61,797 bases of DNA from NCBI GenBank assembly GCA_964614585.1, contig CAZTLW010000002.1:1-61797 (forward strand). The letters are read 5' to 3'. The position numbers and the translations under genes are program-made. Below the pieces are notes generated by a model. It was not told the DNA's origin, searched no databases, and saw only the letters and a program-made list of their open reading frames with translations. Within the stretch, counting starts at the first letter, position 1. Each line of letters opens with the position of its first letter. This DNA is from an uncultured Acidimicrobiia bacterium (lineage in GTDB: Bacteria; Actinomycetota; Acidimicrobiia; Spongiisociales; JAENVV01). Below, one piece after another: positions 34,657 to 43,587 of the stretch.

Positions 34657-35976
34657 ATGGCCGCCTCGTCGCCCGATCAATACACTCGCCGGCGGCATGC
34701 GACCACCATCCGTGACGAAGCCGTGACCGAGCGGCGCTGGGCGTTCGGGGTCCTGTGGGCGGGCCAGGCCGTGAGTCAACTGGGCGACTACGTGGCCCTC
34801 TTCGCCATCCCCTATTTCGTCTTCACCTTCAGCGACGACCCGTTGGACTTCGGCCTCGTCCAGGGCGGCCAGGACCTGCCGCTCATCTTCATCGGCCTCT
34901 TCTCGGGCGTGCTCCTCGACCGCTGGAGCCGGCGGGGGTGGCTGGTCTGGGGCAACCTCACCCTGGCGGTCGTCTTCGTGGCGCTGGCACTCGTGGCCGA
35001 CGGCCGGCTTCCCAACGGACTGTGGGTGCTCGTGGCGACCTCCTTCGTGGTCGGGGCGGTGACCACCGCCCTGGCATCGGCGCTGTACGCCTACGTCCCC
35101 CACGTCGTCGCCTCCGAACGGCTGGCACCGGCCAATGCCCGCCTGTCGGTCACCGGCCAGATCGCCTTCGTGGTGGGCCCCGTGCTCGGGGGCTTGCTCG
35201 TCGAGCGGTTCGGCTTCCTCGTCGCCTTCGGCTTCAACGCCGCCACCTTCCTCGTCGCCGGTGTCGCCGCCGCCGTGCTTCCCCGCGACGTGCGGCCCCG
35301 ACGATCCCCCGACGGCGCGGGCATGTTGGCCGAGGCGGTCGAGGGCCTCGCCTTCATCTGGCGGGACGTCCGCCTGCGGCTTGCGTCGGTCGGGGCCGCC
35401 ACCTCGAACCTGGTCTCGGCGTTCATGGTGGCGATGCTCCCCCTGCTGGCCGCCAACCTGTTCGCCTCGGGCGAGCCATTCGAGATGTCCGTCATCTATG
35501 GCGCCTTCGGCGTCGGTGGAGTGGTCGGCGCCCTGACGGGCGGGCTCGCCGCCGGCCGGATCGGTCTGGGTCGCGTGTTCACGATCGGCTTGGCGGTCTG
35601 GGGACTTGGCTTCGCCACGACCACGTGGCTCGGCACCCGCTCGGCGGTGCTCGTCCTCTTCGCCATCACCGGCTTCGGACTCCCGTGGGTGCAGATCGCC
35701 TTCTCCACGCTCCGCCAGAAGGTGACCCCCGAGCCCATGCTCGGGCGGGTGATGGCCGGGACCACCGTGGCGGTGAACCTGGCCTACCCGATCGGCGCCG
35801 TGGGCCTCACGGCCGTGGCCACCGTCGTCGGCGAGGTCCCGACCAGCCGGGTCGTGCCGCTGGTGCTCGTCGCCGTCGCCGTCATCCTCGGGGCCGGCCC
35901 CCTCGGCCGGGTGGGCACCGACCCGGTCCCCCACGCGACGGTGGCGGCCCCCGAGGGGACCGCCACCACCGACTGA
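34657..35976 (+). CDS. MFS transporter
   Basis: About 12 hydrophobic segments. WAGQAVSQLGDYV..LLDRWSRR resembles DUF894/EntS-type MFS. The start could be downstream. Confidence 0.82.
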   Translation: MAASSPDQYTRRRHATTIRDEAVTERRWAFGVLWAGQAVSQLGDYVALFAIPYFVFTFSDDPLDFGLVQGGQDLPLIFIGLFSGVLLDRWSRRGWLVWGNLTLAVVFVALALVADGRLPNGLWVLVATSFVVGAVTTALASALYAYVPHVVASERLAPANARLSVTGQIAFVVGPVLGGLLVERFGFLVAFGFNAATFLVAGVAAAVLPRDVRPRRSPDGAGMLAEAVEGLAFIWRDVRLRLASVGAATSNLVSAFMVAMLPLLAANLFASGEPFEMSVIYGAFGVGGVVGALTGGLAAGRIGLGRVFTIGLAVWGLGFATTTWLGTRSAVLVLFAITGFGLPWVQIAFSTLRQKVTPEPMLGRVMAGTTVAVNLAYPIGAVGLTAVATVVGEVPTSRVVPLVLVAVAVILGAGPLGRVGTDPVPHATVAAPEGTATTD

Positions 35977-35989
35977 TCGGGTCCCCGGC

Positions 35990-37765
35990 TCAGAGCCGGA
36001 CGGCCTCCAGGGGCTCGATGCCCGCCGTCACGGCCGGGACGAGGCCGAAGACCTGGGGCATGAGCTGGTCGACGTAGAACTCGGCCAGGGCGACCATCTC
36101 GGCGAGGTGGTCGGCATCGCCCTCGCCGGCGTCGAGCTTGGCCTTGGCGGCCACCGCCGCCCGCGCCATGTAGGCGCCACCGGTGATCTGGGCGAACAGG
36201 CGCAGGTAGGGCGTGGCGCCGGCGAGCACCGACTTCACGTCACCCGCCGACCCGGCGATCCACAAGGTGGCCTCGGTGAGTCGGGACACGGCTTCCTCGA
36301 GCCGGGACTTCATCGTGTCGAAACCGGCCTCGGCGGCGAGGCTGCCGGACTCGGCCACCCAGGCGATGTGTTCGCGGACGGTCTCACCGCCGTTCATCGG
36401 CAGCTTGCGACCGACGAGGTCCATGGCCTGGATGCCGTTGGTCCCCTCGTAGATGGGTGCGATCCGGCTGTCGCGCCAGTGTTGGGCGATCCCGGTCTCC
36501 TCGACGTAGCCCATGCCGCCGTGCACCTGGAGCGCGAGCGAGGTCAGTTCCACACCGAGGTCGGTGCCCCATGCCTTCGACAGCGGGGTGAGCAACTCGG
36601 CGCGGGCGCCGGCGGCCTCGGCCACCGCCTCGTCGTCGCTGCTCCGGGCGATGTCCATCTGGGCGGCGTTGTCGTACATGAGGAAGCGCATGGCCTGGAT
36701 GTAGGCCCGCTGGGTGATGAGCATCCGACGCACGTCGGGATGGCGCACGATCGGCACCATCTCGCCCTTGGCTCCACCGATCTCGGCGCCCTGCTTGCGC
36801 TCATGGGCGTAGGCGACGGCCTGCTGATAGGCCCGCTCGGAGATGGCCAGGCCCTCGAGGCCCACCGACAACCGGGCGGCGTTCATCATCGTGAACATGT
36901 ACTTCATGCCCCGGAACTCCTCGCCGACGAGGTAGCCGACGGCGCCGTCGTCCTCGCCGTAGGACATGACACAGGTCGGCGAACCGTGGATGCCGACCTT
37001 GTGCTCCACGGACACGACCCGGACGTCGTTGCGCTCGCCGAGTGAGCCGTCGGCATTCACGAGGTACTTCGGCACGATGAACATCGAGATGCCCTTGGTG
37101 CCGGCCGGCGCATCCGGCGTCTTGGCCAGGACCAGGTGGATGATGTTGTCGGTGAGGTCGTGCTCGCCGTACGTGATGTAGATCTTCTGGCCGCTGATCC
37201 GGTAGGTGCCGTCGTCCTGGGGGACCGCCTTCGTGCTGATGTGGCCCAGGTCCGAACCGGCGTGCGACTCGGTCAGGTTCATGGTCCCCGCCCACTCGCC
37301 CGAGATCATCTTCGGCAGGTAGGTCGCCTGTTGCTCGGCAGAACCGTGCTCGAGGATGGCGTCGATGGCGCCCTGGGTCAGGAGCGGCCCGAGCGAGAAC
37401 GCCATGGACGCGGCCGTCAGGATCTCCTGGACGGCGAGGCCGACGACGGCGGGGAAGTCGCCGCCCCCGTGGTCGGCCGGGAAGGGCAGGGCCCCCCAGC
37501 CGGCCTCGACGTACTTCGCGTACGCCTCCTTGAAGCCGGGCGCGGTGATGACGGTGTCACCCTCGACGCGGCTCCCGTGCTCGTCGCCGGACCGGTTCAC
37601 CGGGACGACCACGTCCTCGAGGAATCGGGCGGCTTCGGTGATGACCCCCTCGACCATGTCAGGCGAGGCGTGTTCGAGGCCGGGGAGTTCGGCGATGCTG
37701 GGGAGATCGGCGGCCTGTTCCAGCGCGAACAGGATGTCCTTGATGGGCGCTCGGTAATCCGACAT
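35990..37765 (-). CDS. Long acyl-CoA dehydrogenase (FadE5-like, with C-terminal extension)
   Basis: MSDYRAPIKDILF.., ..WAGTMNLTESHAGSDLG.. and ..IYEGTNGIQA... 591 aa. Confidence 0.92.
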   Translation of the reverse strand: MSDYRAPIKDILFALEQAADLPSIAELPGLEHASPDMVEGVITEAARFLEDVVVPVNRSGDEHGSRVEGDTVITAPGFKEAYAKYVEAGWGALPFPADHGGGDFPAVVGLAVQEILTAASMAFSLGPLLTQGAIDAILEHGSAEQQATYLPKMISGEWAGTMNLTESHAGSDLGHISTKAVPQDDGTYRISGQKIYITYGEHDLTDNIIHLVLAKTPDAPAGTKGISMFIVPKYLVNADGSLGERNDVRVVSVEHKVGIHGSPTCVMSYGEDDGAVGYLVGEEFRGMKYMFTMMNAARLSVGLEGLAISERAYQQAVAYAHERKQGAEIGGAKGEMVPIVRHPDVRRMLITQRAYIQAMRFLMYDNAAQMDIARSSDDEAVAEAAGARAELLTPLSKAWGTDLGVELTSLALQVHGGMGYVEETGIAQHWRDSRIAPIYEGTNGIQAMDLVGRKLPMNGGETVREHIAWVAESGSLAAEAGFDTMKSRLEEAVSRLTEATLWIAGSAGDVKSVLAGATPYLRLFAQITGGAYMARAAVAAKAKLDAGEGDADHLAEMVALAEFYVDQLMPQVFGLVPAVTAGIEPLEAVRL

Positions 37766-37799
37766 GGGGCCAGTCTAGCCCCGTATTTTGAATGGTCGC

Positions 37800-38186
37800 T
37801 CAAGTCGGGCGCCGCAGCACCGTCCCGGTGAAGCTCCCGACCGTCCGGCCGTCGCCCCGGGAGACCGTGATCCGGTAGCTCGCCATGGTCGATCCCTCCG
37901 AGATCGGCTCGGTCACGGCCGTCAGGCGATCGCCGGGACCCGAGCCCGCGGTGGCGACGAGGTGGCTGTCCACCATCAGCGAGCGCGTCCCCCCGGCGTT
38001 CGAGACGAGGGACAGGGCGATGTCGGCCAGCGTGTAGACGACGCCTCCGTGGGTGCCGCCGAGGAAGTTCGTGTGCTGCTCGGCCACGTCGAGGGCGATC
38101 GTGACGGGGTCGGTGGCGACGAGCTCGGCCCCCAGGCCGGTGGCGAAGGCGTCGGCGGCGAGCAATCCGGCGTGGGACCAATCCAT
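37800..38186 (-). CDS. PaaI-family hotdog thioesterase
   Basis: ..HTNFLGGTHGGVVYTLADIA.. is typical of PaaI/4HBT. ATG at 38186. Confidence 0.8.
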   Translation of the reverse strand: MDWSHAGLLAADAFATGLGAELVATDPVTIALDVAEQHTNFLGGTHGGVVYTLADIALSLVSNAGGTRSLMVDSHLVATAGSGPGDRLTAVTEPISEGSTMASYRITVSRGDGRTVGSFTGTVLRRPT

Positions 38187-38250
38187 GGCGGCAACATACG
38201 CGACGGAGGGGCCCGGCCGGGCCCCTCCGTCGGTCGTTGGTGGTTCGGTC

Positions 38251-38544
38251 CTACTCGAAGACGCGGTCTTTGAGGCCCTTCGCCGGGGTGAACTTGGCCA
38301 CGGTGCGGGCGGGGATGTCGATCTCCTCACCCGTCTGGGGATTGCGGCCCTTGCGGGCACCCGAGCGCCGGGTGGAGAAGGTGCCGAAGCCGGCGACGGA
38401 CACCTTGCGACCGGCGTCGAGCTCGATGGCGATGATGCCCTCGCCGTCCTTCGTCGAGAAGATGGCGTCGAGGACCTCGGTGGCCTTGGCCTGGGTGAGG
38501 TCGGTCTTGTCGGCCAACTTCGCTGCGAACTCGCTCTTGTTCAT
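38251..38544 (-). CDS. hup: HU-family nucleoid-associated DNA-binding protein
   Basis: MNKSEFAAKLA.. and ..GFGTFSTRRSGARKGRNPQTGEEIDIPA... GGAGGG RBS. Confidence 0.93.
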   Translation of the reverse strand: MNKSEFAAKLADKTDLTQAKATEVLDAIFSTKDGEGIIAIELDAGRKVSVAGFGTFSTRRSGARKGRNPQTGEEIDIPARTVAKFTPAKGLKDRVFE

Positions 38545-38580
38545 GTGGTTCCGCCCTCCGTGGTCGGACTGGGATGTGCC

Positions 38581-38611
38581 GTGATCGGTCTGATCACATG
38601 CATGTAACTTA
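38581..38611 (-). promoter_or_regulatory. hup upstream region: candidate -10 TAAGTT followed by two palindromes
   Basis: GTGATC-N5-GATCAC (38581..38597), ACATGCATGT (38596..38605), and TAAGTT on the minus strand (38606..38611). This is the locally most AT-rich stretch. Confidence 0.3.
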
Positions 38612-38664
38612 GCCGGATCGCCCGTGGTTTCGGCCGTTTTCCGGATCGCGGCTCCGGAGGGGGG

Positions 38665-39405
38665 TCAGCGGCCCGAGCCGCGTTCGGAGCCGGTCAGCTC
38701 CGTGAAGGGCTCGTGGAGCACGCATGAGATCGTGCGGTCGCCCCCCGCCCACGCCGATTCCGACGGGGGCACGGTGTCGGAGAAGAGGGCGGAGTCCCAG
38801 TAGTCGATGCCGACATACGACGCGAAGGCGTCGTAGCAGGTGTCGTCGGCGACGAAGAGGTCATCGGCCGCCGGGTAGGACTCCCCGCCTGTCCAGGGGA
38901 ACCGGTGGTAGACCTCGTACTCGTGGGGCTGGGAGCAGGCGGTCGCCACCACGCCCCCGGCCTCGTCGAGCGAGAAGCAGTCGCCGACGGCGAGTCCCTC
39001 GACCGTGTAGGCGGTGACGAGCCCGAACTCACCCAGGGCGTCCTCACCGAATTCCTCGGCGAGGCTCTCGGTGACCGCCTCGACGCCCTGGTCCGCCAGC
39101 CAGCGGGCCCCCACGAGGAACAGCGCCACCGCGCCGAGACCCAACACGACCACCACCGCGATCACGCCGATGGCCACCTTGGCCCCCGTCGACAGGCCAC
39201 CAGAAGGGGCCTTGGTCTTCGAGCCCGCGAGCTGGGAGCCGGGAGGCGGTGGGGGCGGCGCCCCGGTGGCGGCGGCCACGGACTCCGGCGTGCCCAGCGA
39301 CCATGGGTCAGCCTCCTCCGGTCCCGGCTGGCTGCAGACCGGACAGGCGGACGCGGACGGAGGCAGGATCTCCTCGCACGTGGGGCAGGTCTTGATGTCG
39401 AACAT
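38665..39405 (-). CDS. Zinc-ribbon / single-TM / Cys-rich extracytoplasmic-domain protein (septum-formation-family-like)
   Basis: MFDIKTCPTCEE..CPVC, a Pro-rich linker, the TM segment VAIGVIAVVVVLGLGAVALFLVG, and a C-terminal domain with 4 Cys (..GDCF..ATCSQPHEYEVY..DTCYDAF..ISCVL). Confidence 0.6.
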   Translation of the reverse strand: MFDIKTCPTCEEILPPSASACPVCSQPGPEEADPWSLGTPESVAAATGAPPPPPPGSQLAGSKTKAPSGGLSTGAKVAIGVIAVVVVLGLGAVALFLVGARWLADQGVEAVTESLAEEFGEDALGEFGLVTAYTVEGLAVGDCFSLDEAGGVVATACSQPHEYEVYHRFPWTGGESYPAADDLFVADDTCYDAFASYVGIDYWDSALFSDTVPPSESAWAGGDRTISCVLHEPFTELTGSERGSGR

Positions 39406-39490
39406 CCGGCATCCGGATCGGCACGCGACGGCCCGCGCTTGAGCGGTCGCCGGGCCGCGCGAGGCCGTAGCCTGCCGGGCGGAGGGATCG

Positions 39491-40318
39491 ATGCCGGAAC
39501 CGGGATTCTGGGACATCGCAGCGCCACATCGGCCGGCGCCGCTGGGACTCGAGCAGGTCTGCGACGACCGCTTCCGCCTGCTGGCGGGGTTCACGTATGT
39601 CGATCTCGACGGTGCGCCCCACCACGTCTTCTCCTGGCACCTGCCATGCACGGACCTGACCTCGGTCCCCCGACCGTTCCGCTGGTTCGAGGGCCGTCAC
39701 GGTCGCCACACGTTCGCCGCCCTGCTCCACGACCACCAGGTGGCCCCGGGTCCCGACGACCCGGGCGACCCGACGTACTGGCGACGGCGCACACTGGCCG
39801 ACGACCGTTTCGCGGAGGCAATGGGTGTCCTCGGGGTCCCGTGGCTCCGACGGACGCTCATGTGGTCGGCGGTGCACTTCCTGACCCGGCTGCGCCGCCA
39901 CGGGCGATGGGCCGGGCTCGCCACGGTGGTCTGGACGCTCCTCTCGATTGCAGGCACGTGGCTGGTGGCCGTGCGGCCGCTGGCAGCGCTGGCCGGTGCC
40001 GACTGGCCGCCGACGACCGTGCCGGCGTGGCTGGTGGCGGTCGCCGCCCTCGCCCCGGTCCCGGCGGCCCTTGCGCTGTGGGTGCCCTGGGGCCGGCTGT
40101 CCGACCACGAGGACCCAGTCGGCTTCGTGCTCCGCCGGTGGTGGTGTGGGGTCGTGTTGGGCTACGGCGTGCTGGCCCTCGCCCCGGTCGGCGCCCTCAC
40201 CTGGCTGGCCTCGCTGGGGCCGGCCCTCGCCGACGTCCTGTCGGGAGGCCCCGGTCCCAGCCCGTGGCCGCAGCCATCCGGCTGCCCTCCGGGCGCCTGC
40301 CCCGAGGCCGAGGGCTAG
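39491..40318 (+). CDS. DUF1353-like N-terminal domain fused to a multi-TM C-terminal region
   Basis: ..CTDLTSVPRPFRWF..HTFAALLHDHQ.. resembles the DUF1353 pattern (TDxxSxP..HD). The C-terminal half is hydrophobic. GGAGGG RBS. Confidence 0.55.
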   Translation: MPEPGFWDIAAPHRPAPLGLEQVCDDRFRLLAGFTYVDLDGAPHHVFSWHLPCTDLTSVPRPFRWFEGRHGRHTFAALLHDHQVAPGPDDPGDPTYWRRRTLADDRFAEAMGVLGVPWLRRTLMWSAVHFLTRLRRHGRWAGLATVVWTLLSIAGTWLVAVRPLAALAGADWPPTTVPAWLVAVAALAPVPAALALWVPWGRLSDHEDPVGFVLRRWWCGVVLGYGVLALAPVGALTWLASLGPALADVLSGGPGPSPWPQPSGCPPGACPEAEG

Positions 40319-41049
40319 ACCGACTCGAGCTCGATGAGCAGCGACGTCTGGTACGGCGGGGCCAGCACCGAGACGAGGAGACCGCCGACGACCGGCACCA
40401 GCGAGAAGACGAAGAGCAGCAAGGTGGCACCGAGGGAGGGCCAGTAGGAACGGCCGACCAACCGGAAACCCTCGCCCAGCGCGGCGAGCACCGGCCGCTC
40501 ATGGGCGTAGACGAGGGCCACGGCGACGAGCACCACCGGGAGGACGAACAGCGAGGCGAGCACCAGGCCGATCGTGAGCAGCACGAAGAGGAGGGCAACC
40601 ACGCCGCCCCCGTCATCGGCGAGGAGGCCGCCGAGCACGGCCAGCCCGCCGAACACGATGGCGACGGCCAGGCCGAAGAGCAGTCCCCAGCCGAGGAGGC
40701 GCAGCGACCCCCACAGGGCGGGCCCGGCATGGGACCCGAGCCGGTCCCAGGGGGTGCCCTCCGGGGGACCGTGGTACGCCGCCCGCACCGAGATCCCGTT
40801 GAGGACGTACAGGACGACCGAGTAGGCGATGGCGAGCAGGAAGAAGACGAGCCCGCCGATCGCCAGGCGGGCCACGTCGACGTCCTCGGGCACCGTGGCG
40901 TCGAACCCGACCGAGAGGCCGAAGAAGCCGAACGCCGCGACGAAGAAGAAGACGATCCCGCCCACGGTGGCGGCGCCGATGAGGACGGCGATCCGCCATT
41001 CCCGCCGCAGCGTGTCGAAGGCCCGATCGATGACGCTACCCACTCGCAT
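40315..41049 (-). CDS. Polytopic membrane protein, hypothetical
   Basis: 5-6 hydrophobic segments. ATG at 41049 (MRVGSVIDRAFDTLRREW). Confidence 0.6.
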   Translation of the reverse strand: MRVGSVIDRAFDTLRREWRIAVLIGAATVGGIVFFFVAAFGFFGLSVGFDATVPEDVDVARLAIGGLVFFLLAIAYSVVLYVLNGISVRAAYHGPPEGTPWDRLGSHAGPALWGSLRLLGWGLLFGLAVAIVFGGLAVLGGLLADDGGGVVALLFVLLTIGLVLASLFVLPVVLVAVALVYAHERPVLAALGEGFRLVGRSYWPSLGATLLLFVFSLVPVVGGLLVSVLAPPYQTSLLIELESV

Positions 41050-41094
41050 GATGGGCAGCGTACCGGCCCGCCGGGCGGCGTACCCTGCCCCGGC

Positions 41095-41406
41095 ATGTCC
41101 GATCGCACGGTCACGTGGATCCGCCACACGATCGCCGTCGGCTTCGCCGTCGTCGGCCTCGGCGCGGTCGTGGCCACCATCATGGTCGGCCACTGCAGCG
41201 CGTTCGGCGGACGGTGCCCGGCCGAGGCGCCGCCGCTGCTCGACGACGACGTCTTCTGGTTCGCCGCCGCCGGGGCCGCGGTGGCACTCGTCCCGGCCGC
41301 CCTCCTGGTGCAACGATTCGCCGGCCGGGCCGCCGTATCCGTCGGTGCCGCCCTGGCGGGCGCCGGGCTCGTCGGGCTGGTGGCCCGGCTCGCCGTCCTC
41401 GGCTGA
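41095..41406 (+). CDS. Small membrane protein (103 aa), hypothetical
   Basis: Three hydrophobic segments. ATG at 41095 at the 3' end of the spurious 833-aa ORF. Confidence 0.45.
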   Translation: MSDRTVTWIRHTIAVGFAVVGLGAVVATIMVGHCSAFGGRCPAEAPPLLDDDVFWFAAAGAAVALVPAALLVQRFAGRAAVSVGAALAGAGLVGLVARLAVLG

Positions 41407-41410
41407 CCCC

Positions 41411-41719
41411 TCAGCCGTTGGCGCGGCTGTACATCTCCATGCCCTGGGAGGGATCCAGCCAGGTCTCGGCGCTGGTCTGGCGGGCCAGGTCGCCGAGGGC
41501 GAAGTTGGCGGCGGCAGCCTGGGCGCTCGGCGGCGAAGCCAGGGTCCCGCCGTTGGCGTGGGTCAGCAGCACGAGGCTGTCGGTCCCGGTCCAGTAGAAG
41601 CGGGAGTCGGCCACCCCGTCCATGGCCCGCATCGCCCGACAGAGGTCGAGGGCGGCGGCGCCCATGGCGTTGCGGTCCGCGGCGTCGCGGCGGTCCCAGC
41701 GTGAGTAGGAGACGGGCAT
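41411..41719 (-). CDS. Hypothetical protein (102 aa)
   Basis: ATG at 41719 (MPVSYSRWDRRD..). Coding-like composition, no motif recognised. Confidence 0.45.
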   Translation of the reverse strand: MPVSYSRWDRRDAADRNAMGAAALDLCRAMRAMDGVADSRFYWTGTDSLVLLTHANGGTLASPPSAQAAAANFALGDLARQTSAETWLDPSQGMEMYSRANG

Positions 41720-41856
41720 TGGTGGTCCTCCCCGGACATCGGGCCATCGGCGTGCTGCCGATCGGCGATGGGCCACCGTACGACGGCGGCGGGCGCGACG
41801 TCGGACGAACCGGGGGATTTGTCCACGGCGCCCTCGGGAACCACCCAGTCGTGGTC

Positions 41857-42297
41857 CTAGTCGTCGTCCCCCGGCGTCGAGCCGACCACCCGGTCCACGA
41901 CCCGGAAGGCGTAGTCGCGGCGGCTCTCCCCCACCTGCGCCACCAGTCGGTACCCGCCGGCATGGGGGAACCGCGTGTCGATGCCGAGCGCCAGCACGTG
42001 GCGCTGGTCGGCGCCAGGGGGCAGGGCCTCGGGTCGACCGGCCCGGAACCGCGTCTCGACCCGCATGAGGGGCGGGCCGCCGTCCTCGCCCTCGACCCAG
42101 AGCGTGAGTGTGTGCTCCTGCTCGGTCTCGGTCCACGGCACGATCACCGTGGCGGCGATTCCGAAGTGGTTGACGGGGGGCGGCGCCCCCTCCCGGATGC
42201 GACGGTTGGTGACGGTCCAACCACCACCCATCAGGTAGAGCGTCCCGCGGTGCGCCTCGGCGTGGTTCGCCAGCAGCAGGGTCTCGATCGTCGGCAC
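41857..42297 (-). CDS. Hypothetical protein (146 aa)
   Basis: ORF with coding-like composition (…LYLMGGGWTVT…). No motif recognised. Confidence 0.5.
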   Translation of the reverse strand: MPTIETLLLANHAEAHRGTLYLMGGGWTVTNRRIREGAPPPVNHFGIAATVIVPWTETEQEHTLTLWVEGEDGGPPLMRVETRFRAGRPEALPPGADQRHVLALGIDTRFPHAGGYRLVAQVGESRRDYAFRVVDRVVGSTPGDDD

Positions 42298-42301
42298 GGG
42301 C

Positions 42302-42574
42302 CTACGCCGACCGGCGGGAGGTCGGGATGTGGAACGCGGCGACGATGACGACGGCCACCGCCAACTGCACGACGAGGGTCCGCCAGTCGAAGGCCTCGTC
42401 GTGGCCCCAGCCGATGACGTCGGCCACGAAGCCGCCGGCGATGGCGGCGAAGACGCCGATCACGATCGTCCCCTGGGTGGAGAGCGCTTCGCGTCCGGGC
42501 ACCAGGAGTCGAGCGGCGAACCCCACGCCGACACCGATGACGATGCCGATGCCGATGATCAAGAGGACGTCCAT
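42302..42574 (-). CDS. GlsB/YeaQ/YmgE-family (transglycosylase-associated) stress membrane protein
   Basis: 90 aa. GIGIVIGVGVGFAARLL..G.. and IVIGVFAAIAGGFVADV match the family pattern. Confidence 0.78.
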   Translation of the reverse strand: MDVLLIIGIGIVIGVGVGFAARLLVPGREALSTQGTIVIGVFAAIAGGFVADVIGWGHDEAFDWRTLVVQLAVAVVIVAAFHIPTSRRSA

Positions 42575-42632
42575 GCCGTCTCCCCGGGGTCGCTGCCCCT
42601 GACGCTACCCGGCCGCCACGTAGGCTGGCGCC

Positions 42633-43079
42633 ATGGCCGACGACACCGGGGGATGGGCGGTGACCTACGACCGCCGGGCGCGCTTCAGCGACTGCGACGC
42701 CCAGGGCATCGTCTTCAACCCCAACTACCTCGTCTACTGGGACGACACCCTGACCGACTGGTTCGACGCCATCGGGCTGGCCTGGGAGGACTTCGTCGCC
42801 CGCGGCCATGAGATGGTGCTCGCCCGATCCGAGGTGGACTACCGGGGATCGGCCCGGCTCGGCGACACGGTGCGGACCGGGCTGCGACTCGGGCGGGTCG
42901 GGCGCACCTCGCTCGGGTTCGAGATGCGCTCGTGGCGGCCCGACGACGGCACCGTCTTCGTCGAGGGCACGCTCGTGCAGGTGGTGGTGGACGCCGAGAC
43001 CTTCCGGCCGACACCGGTGCCCGAGTGGCTCGTCGAGCTCGCCGCCGCCGCGCAGGCCGACCCCCCGGACCGGGCCTAG
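42633..43079 (+). CDS. Acyl-CoA thioesterase (YbgC/4HBT hotdog)
   Basis: ..RFSDCDAQGIVFNPNYLVYWD.. carries the catalytic Asp context typical of 4HBT-type thioesterases. Confidence 0.8.
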   Translation: MADDTGGWAVTYDRRARFSDCDAQGIVFNPNYLVYWDDTLTDWFDAIGLAWEDFVARGHEMVLARSEVDYRGSARLGDTVRTGLRLGRVGRTSLGFEMRSWRPDDGTVFVEGTLVQVVVDAETFRPTPVPEWLVELAAAAQADPPDRA

Positions 43080-43089
43080 GGTGCCCGAC

Positions 43090-43587
43090 ATGAGCACCCA
43101 TGACGACACCGGCTGGGCGACCGCCGACATCTGCGACGCCCACCCCCAGGTCCAGGTGGCGGCTCCCATCCTCGGGTCCTTCGGCGGCGCCGCCGCCTTC
43201 GCCGGACCCATCGAGACGGTGGCCTGCTTCGAGGACAACTCGATCGTGCGCGAGACGATCGAGACGCCGGGCAATGGTCGGGTGCTGGTCGTCGACGGCG
43301 GCGGGTCGCTGCGCTGCGCCCTGGTCGGCGACCGGGTCGCCGCCGACGCACTGGAGAACGGCTGGGTCGGCATCGTGGTCAACGGTTGCGTCCGCGACAC
43401 CGACGCCCTCGCCGACCTCGACATCGGCGTGCTCGCCCTGGACGCCCACCCCCGCCGCAGCGAGAAGCGTGGCGAGGGCCGACGCGGCTCAGCGGTCCGA
43501 TTCGCCGGCGTCGAGTTCCGGCCCGGCACCTGGCTGTACGCCGACGGCGACGGGGTCATCGTGGCCGACGTCGCCGTCCACGACTGA
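43090..43587 (+). CDS. rraA: RraA-family protein (RNase E regulator / HMG-aldolase fold)
   Basis: ..TADICDA.., ..GRVLVVDGGGS.., ..GDRVAADALENGWVGIVVNGCVRD and ..YADGDGVIV. Confidence 0.88.
   Translation: MSTHDDTGWATADICDAHPQVQVAAPILGSFGGAAAFAGPIETVACFEDNSIVRETIETPGNGRVLVVDGGGSLRCALVGDRVAADALENGWVGIVVNGCVRDTDALADLDIGVLALDAHPRRSEKRGEGRRGSAVRFAGVEFRPGTWLYADGDGVIVADVAVHD

Noticed and set aside
38905-41406. 833-aa plus-strand ORF, and the 588-aa minus-strand ORF 40197..41963
   Set aside because: They cross several better-supported genes on both strands and are Arg/Gly/Pro low complexity. Only the last 103 codons of 38905..41406 (from ATG 41095) look like a real hydrophobic membrane protein.
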